From the NCBI GenBank assembly GCA_963796285.1, contig CAWCKW010000012.1, forward strand, positions 384,001 through 448,000: DNA of 64,000 nt. The letters run 5' to 3'. Shown here piece after piece: positions 1 through 10,530 of this stretch (positions within the stretch are counted from its first letter, which is position 1; each line of letters starts with the position of its first letter). The position numbers were made by a program, and so were the translations under genes. Source of the stretch: Nitrospirota bacterium. Lineage in GTDB: Bacteria; Nitrospirota; UBA9217. The notes below the pieces were generated by a model, which had not been told where the DNA came from, ran no database searches, and saw only the letters and a list, made by a program, of their open reading frames with translations.

Positions 1-744
1 TGCAGCGTGGCAGCGTGGCCATGCCGACGGCAAGCTTGAACGTGACGTAGCCGGCAACGGTGGATCTGTCGAAGGCGTTTGTGCTGGTCTCCTATCGCAA
101 CTCGGGGGGGTAGTACGATGGCAATGATTTTATACGGGCGAAGCTGACCTCGGGGACGAATTTAGAACTGTCTGCCTACGGGCGCTATCGAGTGGAACGG
201 TGGAGTGGCAGGTGGTGGAGTATGCGGGGGCACGGGTGCAGAGTGGTGATGTCTCGTTATTGGCGACGGATGGGACGAAGACGTCGACGCTGGGGACAGC
301 GGTGAATCTTCAGAAATCTTGGTTGGTCTGCACCTACAAGAGCGATAGCGGGACGCCTACAAATATTGGGCAGAAGCTGGTACGGGGGTGGTGACGGATT
401 CAACCACATTGACGTTTGATCGGAGCCAGACGGGGCCAACGGTGGATGTGACGTGGTATTTGGTGGAGTTTACGGATGAAACCACGGTTCAACGAGGGCG
501 TGCAAGTTTTGGGATAGTGGATACGGTGAATAATGTTGTGATTCAGCGGGTGGACTTAACGAAATCGATTGCTGCCGGTGAATACATTGGGAAAGGTCGT
601 CGGCCGGCTTATTCGGCGGATGACAATCCGGGTGTGGGCTGGATGAGGCTGGACCTGACAAGTGGGACAAATCTGCGAATCAGTCGCGGTGTAACAGGAA
701 ATTCTGTTGCCGATGTCGGATGGTTTGTGGTCAGTTTCCCTTGA
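1..744 (+). pseudogene. 3' part of a degraded secreted/surface protein with about three ~85-aa repeats (VQRG...VDLxKx...LTSGTNL...WxVVEF)
   Basis: Joining frames gives QRGSVAMPTASLNVT*PATVDLSKAFVLVSYRNSGG*YDGNDFIRAKLTSGTNLEL / VEWQVVEYAGARVQSG...KLVRG / VTWYLVEFTDETTVQRG...LTSGTNLRISR...VGWFVVSFP. Two in-frame TAG stops and two frameshifts (~190, ~387). Confidence 0.7.
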
Positions 745-910
745 TCTCAATGTTGCTTTCAGCCGATCCAGAATTGGATCGATAAGCTTTATGTCCGATC
801 GTTCAAGTCCGGTTCCGTGACCTTCGGAGGCCCGCGCTCCGCGGGTTCCATCGGTCCGGCCTACCCTGATAATACCAATTATGTGGTGCTGATCAGACCG
901 GCCACGGGAC

Positions 911-1096
911 ATGCGGATCAGACCGCACCGTCAACGGATCGCCTGGACGCTTTTGAACCTGGTCGCGTTCAATCTTGCAATGAACTGCAGCGAGGGTTTG
1001 CCGAACTGGTGCGCAGCCTGTGCTCTGGACGGGAGTTGCACCATCGAAGCGACCGATCTTCAGCTTTTCATGGACAACTTTGAAAGAAGTTTGTAA
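911..1096 (+). pseudogene. Remnant with dockerin-like/EF-hand repeat
   Basis: PNWCAACALDGSCTIEATDLQLFMDNF resembles a dockerin-type DLDGDGxVDxxDLxxFxxNF repeat with degenerate acidic ligands. Confidence 0.4.
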
Positions 1097-1134
1097 CAGT
1101 GAGTCAAAATTGCCTTAAAAAGGGGGAAAAATAA

Positions 1135-3033
1135 ATGAACGCCATGATCGAGCAGGACCGTCTCCATATCATCCTGCTTTGGCTGATGCTGATTGCATAC
1201 GGCCTGGGAATAATCGGATGGCTTCATCTGGATACAACACCGCCGATGTTTGACCAGTCCGTCATCTTAAAGGAGAGCCTTCACTATTATGATCTTCTCA
1301 AAGAACAACCGCTGCATAAGGCGCTCTGGAAAATGGCAACAGACTATCCTGACTACTACCCTCCGTTCGTCCCTTATATCGCTGCGGGTCTTTATTTTAT
1401 ATTCGGGAATTCATCCCATACGGCGGTGCTGGCGGTCCTCCCGTTTCTGGGGCTTCTCAGCTGGGCCATCTATGCGATGGGGAGGTTCCTATGGGGAAGC
1501 AGTGCCGGACTACTTGCGGTTTTTCTCGTTCTAACATCGCCCATGATCATCGGCCATTCCAGGGAGTTTCTGCTGGATCTTCCACTTTCCGCCATGGTGG
1601 CTGCCGGGCTTTATTTTCTTATTCGCAGTCGAGATTTTGAGGACAATCGGTATTCAACCATAACGGGTGTGATACTGGGACTCGGTATGTTGACGAAATG
1701 GGCCTTGGCGTTTTTCATGATCGGCCCCATGATCCTTATAGCGGTGCGGCTTTTCGGACGAACCTGGTCTCGGTGGAAGGATCGCGTGATTGCAGGCATT
1801 GCCGCCACGCTTATGTTTGGCGTGGGAATCGTTCTCCATGCTTCGCTTACCTCTCAAGTTAGGATGGCAGCGAAGGTCTTTCTTTATATAGCAGCCGTTT
1901 CAACTGCTATTGCGCTTTGGCCGACGGTCGGGCGTTATTGGGGAAAAGCTCTCTCATGGAAGAGAATCCCTTTGCTCAAGGGCGCCAACGAAAATGTTCG
2001 GCCGCAATGGTCGAATTTTTTCCGGGTGCTTGCGATTGCGATCATCCTGTCAGGTCCCTGGTATTTCGTTAATATCGGCCTTATGCGAGCGGACTTGACA
2101 CATTACGCCACCGAAATGGGACCCTTTGAAAATCATCCTGATGTGCTGTCCGTTCCATCGGTGATGTTCCATTTTTGGGATCTCATTAATTTTCAACTTT
2201 TCCTTCCGTTTGCTCTTTTGGCGTTTGCCGGTATTCTGTGGGCCTCGTGGTCCCGTCCTGCCGGAAAAAACGGGGCCATAATCATGAGCGCGTTTGTGAG
2301 CGGATGGATCATCCTGACCCTGATCGCAAACAAAAACCCGCGATATTCGTTGCCCCTCATTGCTCCGGCGCTTCTTTTGGGGAGTGCCTGGGTGGTCAGC
2401 CGACCGCGGATTCTGCGATATTCCTTGTCAGCTGCATTGATTGTAGTGGGGTTGATCCAGTACGGGGCGGTGAGATATGATTATGGACCGATTCATGAAA
2501 CCGTGAGCGTTCCATTGCCGAAATCAAGTCTGACGGAGTTTCGCGATTTGCCGGCCCAAATGGTGATTTATTCCACGGCAACAAAAATGTACACCGACCT
2601 CGGTATTTATTACTCTCATCCTCCGTTAAAGGAACACTGGCCTCTTGAAGAGATTTTGGATAGAACCCGCGAAGAGGATCCGGATCACCCGCCGGTCTTG
2701 GTGGTCGCTTATTTTGATCGATTTCTGAATACTTCGAATCTTTTCTACCTCGGCCAGCGAATTGGGTCTCCCGTCAAAGTGCTCGATGTCCTGTGGAAGG
2801 GCTTCGATCAGGAGCCTCGGAAGTGGGCCGGTCGTCATTATCTATTGACAAGAATGGACGATCCTCGTACAACGGCGCGTGAAGCCGCCTTGCGAGAAAC
2901 GTTTCCAGACCTGGACGCTCGCGTAGTACAAACGTGGCGCTTGCCGAATCAAACGGTGATCCAGCTTTTATGTATACAGACGGATGGGATATCAAGTTCA
3001 GCCGTAACGAACGGGAAGGTGCCGGCCATATGA
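1135..3033 (+). CDS. Membrane glycosyltransferase, GT-C superfamily (ArnT/PMT_2, GT39/83-like)
   Basis: 632-aa multi-TM ORF; motifs PPMFDQ, YYPP, SREFLLDLPL, GLGMLTKW, NKNPRY; purine-rich RBS. Confidence 0.85.
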   Translation: MNAMIEQDRLHIILLWLMLIAYGLGIIGWLHLDTTPPMFDQSVILKESLHYYDLLKEQPLHKALWKMATDYPDYYPPFVPYIAAGLYFIFGNSSHTAVLAVLPFLGLLSWAIYAMGRFLWGSSAGLLAVFLVLTSPMIIGHSREFLLDLPLSAMVAAGLYFLIRSRDFEDNRYSTITGVILGLGMLTKWALAFFMIGPMILIAVRLFGRTWSRWKDRVIAGIAATLMFGVGIVLHASLTSQVRMAAKVFLYIAAVSTAIALWPTVGRYWGKALSWKRIPLLKGANENVRPQWSNFFRVLAIAIILSGPWYFVNIGLMRADLTHYATEMGPFENHPDVLSVPSVMFHFWDLINFQLFLPFALLAFAGILWASWSRPAGKNGAIIMSAFVSGWIILTLIANKNPRYSLPLIAPALLLGSAWVVSRPRILRYSLSAALIVVGLIQYGAVRYDYGPIHETVSVPLPKSSLTEFRDLPAQMVIYSTATKMYTDLGIYYSHPPLKEHWPLEEILDRTREEDPDHPPVLVVAYFDRFLNTSNLFYLGQRIGSPVKVLDVLWKGFDQEPRKWAGRHYLLTRMDDPRTTAREAALRETFPDLDARVVQTWRLPNQTVIQLLCIQTDGISSSAVTNGKVPAI

Positions 3034-3368
3034 ATCTGCTGGGAATCTCGGAGTTCTTATCGCAGCGATCCAGGGATCTGTAGTGGCGCCATTCATTTAA
3101 ACGCCGTTCTAAGCGTCAATTTATTGTGCAATATGGAAGATCGACACCGAACAGTTAAGAGCAAACGATGCTCAACAGGCCTACAATAGAAATGACGTGA
3201 ACGATGATCTCCCCAAGGTAAGTGACGTCTGATCGACGCGATAAAATAGTATGAAATGATTAATATCGTTGCCAGCATTCATGTGACTTATGTCTGGGTG
3301 CGCCGGTAAAATAATATCAAGACGGCAGTGTCGTGATCACCTACATTGAGGAAGATTAGGATAAATCT

Positions 3369-4271
3369 ATGGATATTTCTGTAATTTTTGCAACATACAA
3401 TCGGCCCAAGATGCTTGAGGAAACCCTCGACAGATTCCTCTCATTGAAGACGGAAAATCTTACTTGGGAAATAGTTCTCGTCGATAACGCGGGAGACCCG
3501 GAGACTGAACGTGTGGCCAAAAAGTTTGCTGAATTACTGCCGATACACTTCCTGACAGTCACACAGCGCGGGAAAAACAACGCGCTCAACAGGGCTGTGA
3601 CAGAAGCGCGAGGGGACCTTTTCGTTTTTACGGATGATGATGTGGTCGTTGAACCGGACTGGCTCATCGAAATGTGGGAGGGAGCAAAGCGCTGGCCGAA
3701 GCACCACGTTTTTGGCGGAAGAATTTTACCGAAATATCCAGCGGGCCACGTGCCGTCTTTAGATCATCCATTTTTCTTAGGTGCGTACGCGATATCGGAT
3801 TGGGGTATCCCGGAGGGAATTTACGAGGCCCATCGGGTATGGGGGCCGAACATGGCGATCAGGGAGGGAATCTTTAAGGAAGGATGGAAATTCAATGCTG
3901 ATATAAGCATCGATGGAAGCATGGGAAGTGAAACAGAGCTGACAAACAGGCTCGAAAAAGCCGGAATTCCTGCCGTTTATCTTCCAAAATCCCTCGTGCA
4001 TCACCAGATACGAAAAGAACAACTTGAACTGGTCTGGCTGTATGACAGGGCGTTCCGGTTCGGACAACATTATGCCCAAATAGAGAACAAGTCAAACATA
4101 TCAAAGGTTATTGGAATTCCGCCTCGCCTGATAATAACGATTATGAAAGCCTATATTCGCATTGCACTATCGCTTTTTAGCAAGGATAAAAAAAATAAAT
4201 TCGATTGTTGGATTTTCTTGTGGGAGACACGAGGCAGGATTCGCTGGTATAGAAAATATTACCATCGATAA
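3369..4271 (+). CDS. Glycosyltransferase family 2
   Basis: ISVIFATYNR, LVDN, FTDDD (DxD), GPNMAIR, GSETEL motifs. Confidence 0.92.
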   Translation: MDISVIFATYNRPKMLEETLDRFLSLKTENLTWEIVLVDNAGDPETERVAKKFAELLPIHFLTVTQRGKNNALNRAVTEARGDLFVFTDDDVVVEPDWLIEMWEGAKRWPKHHVFGGRILPKYPAGHVPSLDHPFFLGAYAISDWGIPEGIYEAHRVWGPNMAIREGIFKEGWKFNADISIDGSMGSETELTNRLEKAGIPAVYLPKSLVHHQIRKEQLELVWLYDRAFRFGQHYAQIENKSNISKVIGIPPRLIITIMKAYIRIALSLFSKDKKNKFDCWIFLWETRGRIRWYRKYYHR

Positions 4272-5431
4272 CATCTTGATGTCTTACCAGATGATTCATT
4301 GGTTCTGCGAAGAATGGTAAGAACGTATGTAAACAGCAAAATGCCCATCGCTGTTCCCACAGTATTGCTGATAACATCGAGAAGAGAAGAATCCCGCATA
4401 GGGAGATATGCCTGGGTCAGTTCGATGGCAAGGCTGATGCAGAAGCCGGAAAGTAAGGTGCCCCAGTATGCAATCGGACGCGACATGTATTTTGAAAATC
4501 GAAGCCAGGCTGCGAGAAAAAATCCGAAGGGCACAAATCCGAGGACATTGATCACGACGTCCATCAGGTTCCCGCGGGAGAACCATTGGTCTTTTTCGGG
4601 CGCGCCGAGTATGGTCCTGCGAAGGGGCTGAAAGGTCGCGGGCATCAGGAGATGGCTCCGGTCGCCTGAGTGGTTCCGTATCTGCCGGCCGCCATGTTCA
4701 TCGAACAGATACAATGCGATGGGCCCTTGTCCCCCTGATGTAACCGGTTGTCCGCGTTTTTGCCAGCCATGGAAATGGTCAAGGACTTCGCCGCTGTTTA
4801 ATGTATGATCGTAAATGGCCATGCCGAGGAAACTGCCGGTCCAGTACGATTCACCTGTTGGCGTGTTGCCCAGAATGAGATTGCCTGGATATCTCCGCAT
4901 GTCGGTCAAGATAAGATTGCGCGAATAAGAATGTTTTCTCACACCATCCAGGTAGAGGTCGGTGCCCCGCGGTCCTGACGTTATCGTCAATAGTCGGACT
5001 TCATTCCGTTGGAGAACGTTGTCCAGCCCCCATTCATAATAACGCGCGCGTCCTTTCTTGGCCTCGTTGAAGCTCCGGATGACCAGATGTGACTTCCACT
5101 GGCCGCAGAGAACGGTTACTTCTCCACGCGAATCCAGCAGCGCAAAGATCGAGGCGAGGTACTGTGAATTGTCCTGTTCCGGCCGGATCCTGAATTCGAT
5201 GCTGATTGCGCCGGAGTCTGAAAAGCCTTTCAGAAAATCACCGGGCTCTGAATACGTGACGATTCCCTGACCGTAAAAACGTATGCCGTTCATGTCCTGG
5301 AGCCATTCCAGCTTGTTCACAGGATTGAAATCGAACGGCCAGAGGCCGGCAACGAGGATGCCGAGCGTGATCAGCAAACACATGATGCCGAGTGCTGTTT
5401 TCCCCTTATTGTCCGTTGGCGCCATGCCCAT
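4259..5431 (-). CDS. LamG/ConA-like domain plus C-terminal VanZ domain protein
   Basis: N-terminal TM; LYLDG...LILGN...WTG..AIYDHTL lectin-fold motifs; VanZ motifs NVLGFVPFGF, SLAIELTQAYLPMRDSSLLDVISN. Confidence 0.8.
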   Translation of the reverse strand: MGMAPTDNKGKTALGIMCLLITLGILVAGLWPFDFNPVNKLEWLQDMNGIRFYGQGIVTYSEPGDFLKGFSDSGAISIEFRIRPEQDNSQYLASIFALLDSRGEVTVLCGQWKSHLVIRSFNEAKKGRARYYEWGLDNVLQRNEVRLLTITSGPRGTDLYLDGVRKHSYSRNLILTDMRRYPGNLILGNTPTGESYWTGSFLGMAIYDHTLNSGEVLDHFHGWQKRGQPVTSGGQGPIALYLFDEHGGRQIRNHSGDRSHLLMPATFQPLRRTILGAPEKDQWFSRGNLMDVVINVLGFVPFGFFLAAWLRFSKYMSRPIAYWGTLLSGFCISLAIELTQAYLPMRDSSLLDVISNTVGTAMGILLFTYVLTILRRTNESSGKTSRCYRW

Positions 5432-5604
5432 GGTCTGCAGTATATCGTAAGTCGGCCCGCATAAACAATAATAAAATATTAAGTATGCTCCCTCGCAGTG
5501 CCCTTGTGTAGGAATGACCTATGATCGATTTCGCCTGGAAAGGAGTGAAGCGTGATGGACCAACACGGCTCCGATTCGTTAGCAGGAACCGCGAAGCCCT
5601 GTTC

Positions 5605-5994
5605 GATGATCGTGATCATGTGGCATTCATAATGTTTTCGCTGGTATTGCTCTGGATCGGCGGGTTCTCGCTATGTTAAGGTCTCATGTCCTTATATGCA
5701 TTAGCATTCCCATTGTTATTTCTATTCTTTACCGTACCTTTCCCCAGCGCTGCACTGGAAAGGACCATTCCCATTATCCAGGCATACTCCGCTGAAGTCG
5801 CTTACAGGATCCTGCAGGCGATCGGCATGCCGATAGAGATAGAAGGTTTTGTTTTTCATTTGTTGATCCTGAATATCGGGGTTACACCGCAATGCAGCGG
5901 GATCAGGTCATCTACAGACATCTGTCTCGCACTAAGTCGCAGTGTTCGCAAAGAAAAACAACGGCAGATGCTTGCTGAATGCTTTAATCTTTAG
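5605..5994 (+). pseudogene. Exosortase/archaeosortase family fragment
   Basis: LLWIGGFSLC*GLMSLYALAFPLLFLFFTVPFP and catalytic-Cys motif CSGIRS; in-frame TAA at 5677-5679; N-terminus and the C-terminal Arg/His catalytic region are missing. Confidence 0.75.
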
Positions 5995-6269
5995 AAGAGA
6001 AGTTATAGATCAAGTTTTTTTATCATTTAATTTATGGCCACCTTTCTTTTGAGTATTGTACTTTCTTCGCGTCCTGCGTTTATGGACGCGTTATGGCTTG
6101 TCCCCGCGCTATCGCAAGAGCAGGGGGCAACAGCAGCTACGTCTTCGCGGTAAAAAGATTTAGTTTTGTTTCATTGGTCTGGGTTTTGCCTCGCTAATAT
6201 ATTAGTATTTTCACAGTGTTCTCTGTGGTTGGTTTAGACAATACGACACTACAATAAAGGAGATTATCA

Positions 6270-7578
6270 ATGGTTCTTTTGGAAAAAATTAAAAAGCGCA
6301 GTGCAACAGTAGGTGTTATCGGTCTTGGTTATGTTGGTCTCCCGCTTGTTATCCAGTTCGTGAAGGCGGGGTACAAGATCGATCGGGTTCGATGTCGATG
6401 CAGAGAAGATCAAATACCTGAAGGCGGGGAAGACCTACATCAAACACATCCCCGGTGAAGAGGTAAGGCTGCTCAAAGGCAATGGCGGTTTTACTGCCAC
6501 GACGGATTTTTCATTGCTGAAAAAAGCGGACTGCATCATCATCTGTGTTCCTACGCCGCTGGGCAAGCATCATGAACCTGACCTCTCCTTTGTTCTGGAC
6601 ACGACAAGGATGGTGGCAAAGTACCTGCGGAAGGGCCAGCTTATCGTGCTTGAATCAACGACCTATCCGGGTACGACAGATGAGGATATGCGGTCAATAC
6701 TGGAAAGAACAGGACTTAAAGCAGGGGCGGACTTCCATCTTGCGTTCTCACCGGAGCGGGAAGACCCCAATAATAAGGATTATTCGACCAGCACGATCCC
6801 AAAGGTTGTGGGAGGCTATACTCCGGCCTGTCTGGAAGCGGCGAGGACCCTATATGACTCTGTTGTTGTAAGAACAGTCTCCGTGTCGTCCACAAGGGCT
6901 GCAGAAGCCACGAAACTGCTCGAAAACATCTACCGTTCCGTTAACATCGCGATGATCAATGAGCTTAAGATGATCTTTGACAGGATGGGCATCGACATTT
7001 GGGAGGTGATCGATGCGGCAAAGACCAAACCCTTCGGCTTTCAGGCCTTCTATCCGGGCCCTGGTCTGGGCGGTCACTGCATCCCCATCGACCCGTTCTA
7101 TCTTACCTGGAAGGCGCGGGAGCATGGCTATCATACGAAATTCATCGAACTGGCCGGCGAGATCAATACGCACATGCCGTATTACGTGGTAGAAAAGGTC
7201 ATTGACGCTCTGAATGCGAAAAAGAAGACCATACGGTCAGCCCGGATCCTCGTACTCGGCCTTGCATATAAGAAAGACATCGACGATACGCGGGAGTCGC
7301 CGTCCCTGAAGCTTATCGAACTCATGATGGAGAAGGGCGCTCATGTCGATTTCAATGATCCCTATATCCAGCGTACAAAAAAAATGCGCCACTACGATCT
7401 CAAGAAGAGCTCAGTACCGCTCACCAAAGAATCGCTTAAAAAATATGACTGCGTGATCATAGCCACGGACCATTCCTCCTACGATTACGGGTTCATCCTC
7501 AAACATGCATTGTTGATCGTGGACACCCGGAATGCAATGAAGGGGTTGAAGCATGGCGGGAAGGTTGTGAAGGCGTAA
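6270..7578 (+). CDS. wbpA: UDP-N-acetylhexosamine 6-dehydrogenase (WbpA/WecC family), one +1 frameshift near 6380
   Basis: GLGYVGLP Rossmann motif, CVPTP, ESTTYPGTT, FSPERED, GPGLGGHCIPIDP. Removing one base in aagatcgatcggg restores IGFDVD and a continuous ORF. RBS AAGGAG. Confidence 0.85.
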
Positions 7579-7649
7579 GGTACAGGGTACTGGGTACGGA
7601 CTTCTGTCGTCTGACGACTCTCCCTGAACCCTGAACCTGTCTTATTATT

Positions 7650-9716
7650 ATGACTGAACTCATTCTATCGATCATTGCAGCAATTTCCCTCTTCGCTCTG
7701 GGAATCTATGCTATCAGCAAGCAGAGGACTGCGGCAAACGTCGCCCTCTGTCTTTCTGCCGTGCTCCTTGCGGGCATTGAGCTCTTTGATCAATGGTCCT
7801 TGAGGTCAGCTGTAGATTTTGCGACGATCAAACAGATCTCGCTTTACCTGGAATCGTTCCTGCCCGGTTCACTCCTGCTTCTGGCTTTTACCTATGGCCG
7901 CAGCACGCCGTCTGACGCGATTTCGAAGACGCGGCTTGGACTTATAGCCGCTCTGATACTGATCCCGCTGGCCATAGTGCTTCTTCTGGGTAGCGATCTT
8001 TATTATGCCGCGGACTTTCCGATGAAAAGGGTCCTTTTCCTCGGGAGTGCGGGGTATTGGTATTATATCGGTATCATGATTTCACTCATCGTTGCCCTCG
8101 CGAGCGTTGAGGTCACCCTTACTGCGACGCACGGGATTGCCCGAAACCGTATGAAATTCGAGGCAATCGGGATAATGGGTTTGCTCGCAGTACTGATCTT
8201 CTATTACAGTCAGGGACTTCTGTACCGGACCATCAACATGAACCTCATGCCCATACGGTCGAGCGTAGTGATCTTTGCCGCGCTCCTGATCGGTTATTCG
8301 CGTGCTTTCAGAGGGAGCGGGACGCGTGTTTCGATATCGCGGCATATCCTGTACCGTTCCATTACCATGGTGGTCGTAGGCGTATATCTGCTCGTCCTTG
8401 GGCTTGTCGGCGAGGGAATGCGATATTTCGGTGTGACGTTCGGCAGGGATTTGACCGTTATTCTGGCATTCGCAGGCGCTATCCTGTTGATGTCCATATT
8501 TTTATCTGAAAAAGTACGAAGGAGGACGAAGGTCTATATTAATAAACATTTTTACGCGGGCAACAAGCATGACTACCGGGAGGAATGGATCAAGCTCACC
8601 AGCCGGTTTTCGTTGTGCGCGGCGCTCAGCGATGTTCAGGAGTCCATTCTCACCGTTTTCGCGGAGACATTCGGCGTTGCAGGCGCTTCGCTGTATCTTT
8701 CGAATCGGGAAGACAGGAGCTATATTCGTGTTTCTGAACTGGCCATGCCGAAAAGCCCGGTTGAGATACACATTTCCGGGGAGCTCTATAATTATTTTGC
8801 GCAACGTGAGCGTGTTTTGAATCTTACTGACGGAGAGTTTCCACTGTCGGCGTCCGAACGATCGATCTTTAGCCAGGCAGGAGCATGGCTGGTCATACCT
8901 ATGATCAGCAATAATAAAGTCATCGGGCTTGCAATGTTAAAGGAACAGATCGTTCCTGAGATGCTTATTTATGATGATTTTGACCTTATGAAAGTCCTGG
9001 CAAGGCAGGCTGCGCAGGCGATCACGAATCTCAGACTCTCGGAAGAAGTCATGGAAATGAGGGCGATGGCCGCAGTGTCAAGAATATCCACCTTCGTCAT
9101 CCACGACCTCAAGAATTTGACAACCGGTCTTTCACTTTGCGTGGACAACGCGGAAGAGTATATCGGCAATCCTGATTTCCAGAAGGATGCCATTACTACC
9201 ATGAGAAATACATTGTTCAAGATGAAAGATCTCATGCAGCGGCTCAAGTCCATCCCCGAGAAGGCCGCGCTCGATGTCAAAGTGAGCAATATCGACCGTT
9301 TGTCCCGGGAGGTTGTTGCCGAGTTCGCGAATTTGAGGCCAAAGCGCGTTGTGTATAAGGGCGCGCCCGTTTTTTCCTGCGTGGATGGAGAAGAGATAAA
9401 AAAGGTCATCGTGAATCTTGTGCAGAACGCCTTGGAGGCGAGCATTGAACAGGGGACCGTGCTGGTGGAAACACGCAAAGAGAACAATCACGTTTGTATT
9501 CAGGTTTCCGATACCGGCGGTGGAATGACAGATGACTTTATAAAAAACGACCTGTTTAAGCCGTTCAGGACCACGAAGAAGGCGGGGCTTGGCATCGGAT
9601 TGTATCAGTGCAGGCAGATCGTGGAGGCCCACGATGGCAGGATCGAAGTGCAGAGCGAGCCTGGCAAAGGGTCGGTTTTCACAACATGCCTGCCTGTCGT
9701 GGATGCCGTTGAGTAG
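7650..9716 (+). CDS. prsK: PEP-CTERM system histidine kinase PrsK
   Basis: Multi-TM N-terminus, KHFY..KHDYREEW motif, GAF, H-box FVIHDLKN, LFKPFRTTKKAGLGIGLYQCR HATPase. Confidence 0.9.
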   Translation: MTELILSIIAAISLFALGIYAISKQRTAANVALCLSAVLLAGIELFDQWSLRSAVDFATIKQISLYLESFLPGSLLLLAFTYGRSTPSDAISKTRLGLIAALILIPLAIVLLLGSDLYYAADFPMKRVLFLGSAGYWYYIGIMISLIVALASVEVTLTATHGIARNRMKFEAIGIMGLLAVLIFYYSQGLLYRTINMNLMPIRSSVVIFAALLIGYSRAFRGSGTRVSISRHILYRSITMVVVGVYLLVLGLVGEGMRYFGVTFGRDLTVILAFAGAILLMSIFLSEKVRRRTKVYINKHFYAGNKHDYREEWIKLTSRFSLCAALSDVQESILTVFAETFGVAGASLYLSNREDRSYIRVSELAMPKSPVEIHISGELYNYFAQRERVLNLTDGEFPLSASERSIFSQAGAWLVIPMISNNKVIGLAMLKEQIVPEMLIYDDFDLMKVLARQAAQAITNLRLSEEVMEMRAMAAVSRISTFVIHDLKNLTTGLSLCVDNAEEYIGNPDFQKDAITTMRNTLFKMKDLMQRLKSIPEKAALDVKVSNIDRLSREVVAEFANLRPKRVVYKGAPVFSCVDGEEIKKVIVNLVQNALEASIEQGTVLVETRKENNHVCIQVSDTGGGMTDDFIKNDLFKPFRTTKKAGLGIGLYQCRQIVEAHDGRIEVQSEPGKGSVFTTCLPVVDAVE

Positions 9717-9869
9717 ATAAACAGTCTATTTATTGATTGTCGAAATATATCGTACCCGGTCAGGACAAAAGAACAATTTCATATTTGGTCGTGAAGGATG
9801 TGAAGATATTAATCGGCCGGCAAGCCTGCATGCGTGCACAGTGACAAACGATCAGGTTCAGGAGATGCG

Positions 9870-10319
9870 ATGAAAACTGCTCTATTTGCCCTTTGCTCGG
9901 TGGTCTGGATGTCCTTGATATTTTACCTGTCCTCCATGCCGGGTGATGAGTTAGGCCCGGATATCTTGATCCTCAACCTGATTAAAAAAACCGGCCATTT
10001 TATTATTTTTGGCGTCCTCGCGGTACTGTATCTTTCCATGTTCAAGGGGAGGAAAACGCTTGTGGGTACAGGAAGCGCTTTATTTTTAATAAGCGTGTTC
10101 CTCACTGTTCTCTATGCCGTTAGCGACGAATATCATCAATCTTTTACCCCCGGTAGGCATTCGTCCGGATACGACGTGATCATCGATGCTTGCGGGGCGC
10201 TCACGGTTCTTGGTTTGTTATATAGACATAAAATAGGAAGAAACCTGTTACCTGCCTGGGTGAACAAGATGGTGAAAGGCTCATCGCGAAAGACCGCAAA
10301 GAGCACTAAGTCTGTTTAG
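9870..10319 (+). CDS. VanZ family membrane protein
   Basis: WMSLIFYLSS, KKTGHFIIFGVL, YAVSDEYHQSFTPGRHSSGYDVIID; RBS GGAG before ATG 9870. Confidence 0.88.
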   Translation: MKTALFALCSVVWMSLIFYLSSMPGDELGPDILILNLIKKTGHFIIFGVLAVLYLSMFKGRKTLVGTGSALFLISVFLTVLYAVSDEYHQSFTPGRHSSGYDVIIDACGALTVLGLLYRHKIGRNLLPAWVNKMVKGSSRKTAKSTKSV

Positions 10320-10530
10320 ATAGGGCTTTAGCCGTTCCTTCTTTGTGGCTATTGCGACCTGGCGTGAAAAAAAATTGTTGTTAGTAGCGGTTATTGGCCG
10401 GATCCTGAGCAGCTGCACGAGAGTTATTGTATCAGTCTTATCATCGCTATTTGGGACGTCACGGTAACTAGTCGTCATGCTCTCTGTTCTTATTTAATGA
10501 TGTTTCTCTTCCAGCTGTGAGGTTGCCGAT

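Noticed and set aside
48-113. In-frame TAG codons as amber recoding or pyrrolysine
   Set aside because: The same gene also has frameshifts, and intact genes here (prsK, crp, degP, yebC) end in TAG. Decay is the simpler explanation.
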